Both the position numbers and the translations under genes were made by a program. The notes beneath the pieces are model-generated. The model made no database searches. It was not told the DNA's origin and worked only from the letters and a program-made list of their open reading frames with translations. DNA of 64,000 nt from Glaucostegus cemiculus. Its lineage: Eukaryota. Position 1 is the stretch's first letter; the number at the start of each line of letters is the position of its first letter. Positions 62,228 through 64,000 of the stretch are shown piece after piece. The stretch covers positions 5,456,001-5,520,000 of the forward strand of contig CDPCPM010000028.1 in NCBI GenBank assembly GCA_976551045.1. Direction: 5' to 3'.

Positions 62228-62560
62228 CACTTCTCCCTCAGGCAGAAGATACAAAAGCTTGAGAACAAGTACCACCAGGCTTAAGGACAGCTTCTGTCCC
62301 GCTGTTATCAGACTCTTGAACAGACCTCTTATCTGATAAAGGTGAAGTAATAATCTTTCGCTATACCTTGTCATGGCCCTTGCACTTTGTCTACCTGCAC
62401 AGCACTTTCCCTCTGACTGTAACACTATATATTGCATTCTGTTTTTTTCTCCTTTGTACTACCTCAATGTACTCACACATGGAATGGTCTGTCTGGATGG
62501 CACACAAAGAAAATTTTTTCACTTTCTCTCGGTACATGTGACAATAATACACCAATTATT
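62228..62560 (+). mobile_element. Rex1/Babar-like 3' end
   Basis: PSGRRYKSLRTSTTRLKDSFCPAVIRLLN; tail tcggtacatgtgacaataatac. Confidence 0.85.
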
Positions 62561-62791
62561 AAACAAAGTCACTGTCTGGTGCTCCATTTAATGGAGCATC
62601 ACGTGCTCCATTTAATTGGCAACATTTAACATCGCTGGGTGGGCTCAATATGAAGCAATTTTATTTCATTCTTAACTGAACCACCAACTTAAATCACCTA
62701 AATTGTGCATTCAAGGCTGGGTTAGTCACATTACAGCTAGCAGCGATCATGACGGCCCAAGCATATGACAAGATATGTCGTATCTTGTCAC

Positions 62792-63064
62792 ATATCTTTA
62801 TTAGTCACATGTACATTGAACCACAGTGTTCTTTTGTGTAGAGTGTTCTGGGAGCAGCCCGCAAGTGTCGCCATGCTTCCGGCACCAACATAGCATGCCC
62901 ACAACTTCCTAACCTGTACATCTTTGGAATGTGGAAGGAAACTGGAGCACCCAGAGGAAATCCATGCAGACACGGGGAGAACATACAAACTCCTTATAGA
63001 CAGCGGCCGGAATTGAACGTGGGTCACTGGTACTGTACTAGCATTACGCTAACCGCTACACTAC
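62792..63064 (-). mobile_element. V-SINE, tail type B
   Basis: Reverse complement of the 59016-type element. Confidence 0.9.
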
Positions 63065-63689
63065 TTTTCAACAAAGGAATGTAAATTTCCCACTGTCCTT
63101 GGCGAGACTTGAACTTATAAAACTAGATTGTAAATCCAAGCCTCTGGATATTAGTCCAAAACATTACCACTATGTTGCCAAGCTATCCCATCTCGTATGT
63201 TCTTGCTGCTGCTGAAGACAAATTAAGACTTGTTCCCTTTGTAACACATTTCCCAAAGTCCTTGCTTTCAACACACTTCAAATATCCATCTCTGTACCAG
63301 CTGAAAATGAGCAAGTCAGACTTCTGTTAAATTAAAGTACAAGTTTATGCTTCCAGAAAGATATGGTAAAACACAGTGAGTTGATTTTTCAGGACTTAAT
63401 TAAAGGGGCTGATAGGAGAGGGCAACTTGTATACTAGTGTGAGACTTCTACGTCCATAACATGTGAAGATACTTCCATGCTGACAAGGCCACCTGCAACC
63501 ACAAACCTAACAGTCTCCCCCAACGAGAGCTAACACCAGAGATAAACATATCAACGATAGGAGGTAGTCAGTACCTGCTATAAAGAACACTTCGAAGGAT
63601 TCTTCAACCTTGACTCTATTGTTGATACGTGTGCCCTTGAGTCCATTCCAACCTCTTTTCCACCCCTGACTGATAAGAAATCAAAAGTC

Positions 63690-64000
63690 TTTATGCCGAT
63701 GGATAAACAACAGTTTCAGGAGCAGTCAGTAACCATTCTGAGCCTCTGTCGAGAGAAAGTTCAGTCACAAATTCACAACTTAATCTCCCATGTCGGAAGA
63801 GGAGGACATACCAAAGGACTTCAGAGATGCCATAATAGTGATCATCTTCAAGAATGAAAACAAATCTGATTGTTGTAACTACGGAAGGATCTCCATGATC
63901 ACTACCACGGGGAAAGCCATCATCAGGCACATCCTCAACTGTCTCTTCCCAATGCCATAAAGAGCAGCTGTCCGAATCAAAATGTTGATTTGCCCATCCA
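63690..64000 (+). mobile_element. RTE-clade LINE RT N-terminal fragment
   Basis: EEEDIPKDFRDAIIVIIFKNENKSDCCNYGRISMITTTGKAIIRHILNCL resembles the RTE RT domain 0-1 motif (..DA.IV.IFK.GD...C.NYRGISLL...GK....I..NRL). Confidence 0.75.

Noticed and set aside
1-64000. Excess of CR1 fragments sense to the host gene (roughly 17 versus 9 by eye)
   Set aside because: The count is small, fragments are not independent, and the difference is not convincing for one locus.
55931-64000. SLC16A7 promoter or non-coding first exon
   Set aside because: No CpG island or credible promoter/donor combination is visible; it is probably further upstream.

Overview
Eukaryotic vertebrate DNA. The repeat families (V-SINE/HE1-like SINEs, CR1, Rex1/Babar, Penelope, Deu-type SINEs) suggest a cartilaginous fish, probably a ray or shark; this is inference. 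The whole window lies inside one minus-strand gene, the monocarboxylate transporter SLC16A7 (MCT2). Three coding exons are present with canonical GT-AG junctions, all phase 1: 55690-55903 (ATG exon), 9936-10079 (missed by the ORF track) and 7421-8260. I found neither the last coding exon (expected left of base 1) nor the non-coding first exon/promoter. The remainder is intron packed with 5'-truncated retroelements: CR1 (one young copy has an open RT C-terminal ORF), Rex1/Babar, L2, RTE, Penelope-like GIY-YIG elements and several SINE families. Nearly all other ORFs in the track are TE fragments or noise. Most notable: (i) many Penelope-derived modules carrying decayed minimal hammerhead-ribozyme cores, often with an inverted terminal copy; (ii) two young V-SINE subfamilies with the same head but tails matching two different LINE clades; (iii) a TE-free intronic block with a cluster of ERR-type AGGTCA sites; (iv) a small CpG-rich, potentially structured island of unknown origin; (v) inverted repeats flanking a frame-preserving 984-nt exon pair. 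I see no evidence for a prokaryotic-type novel system. TE boundaries are by eye, approximate to about 10-30 bp.
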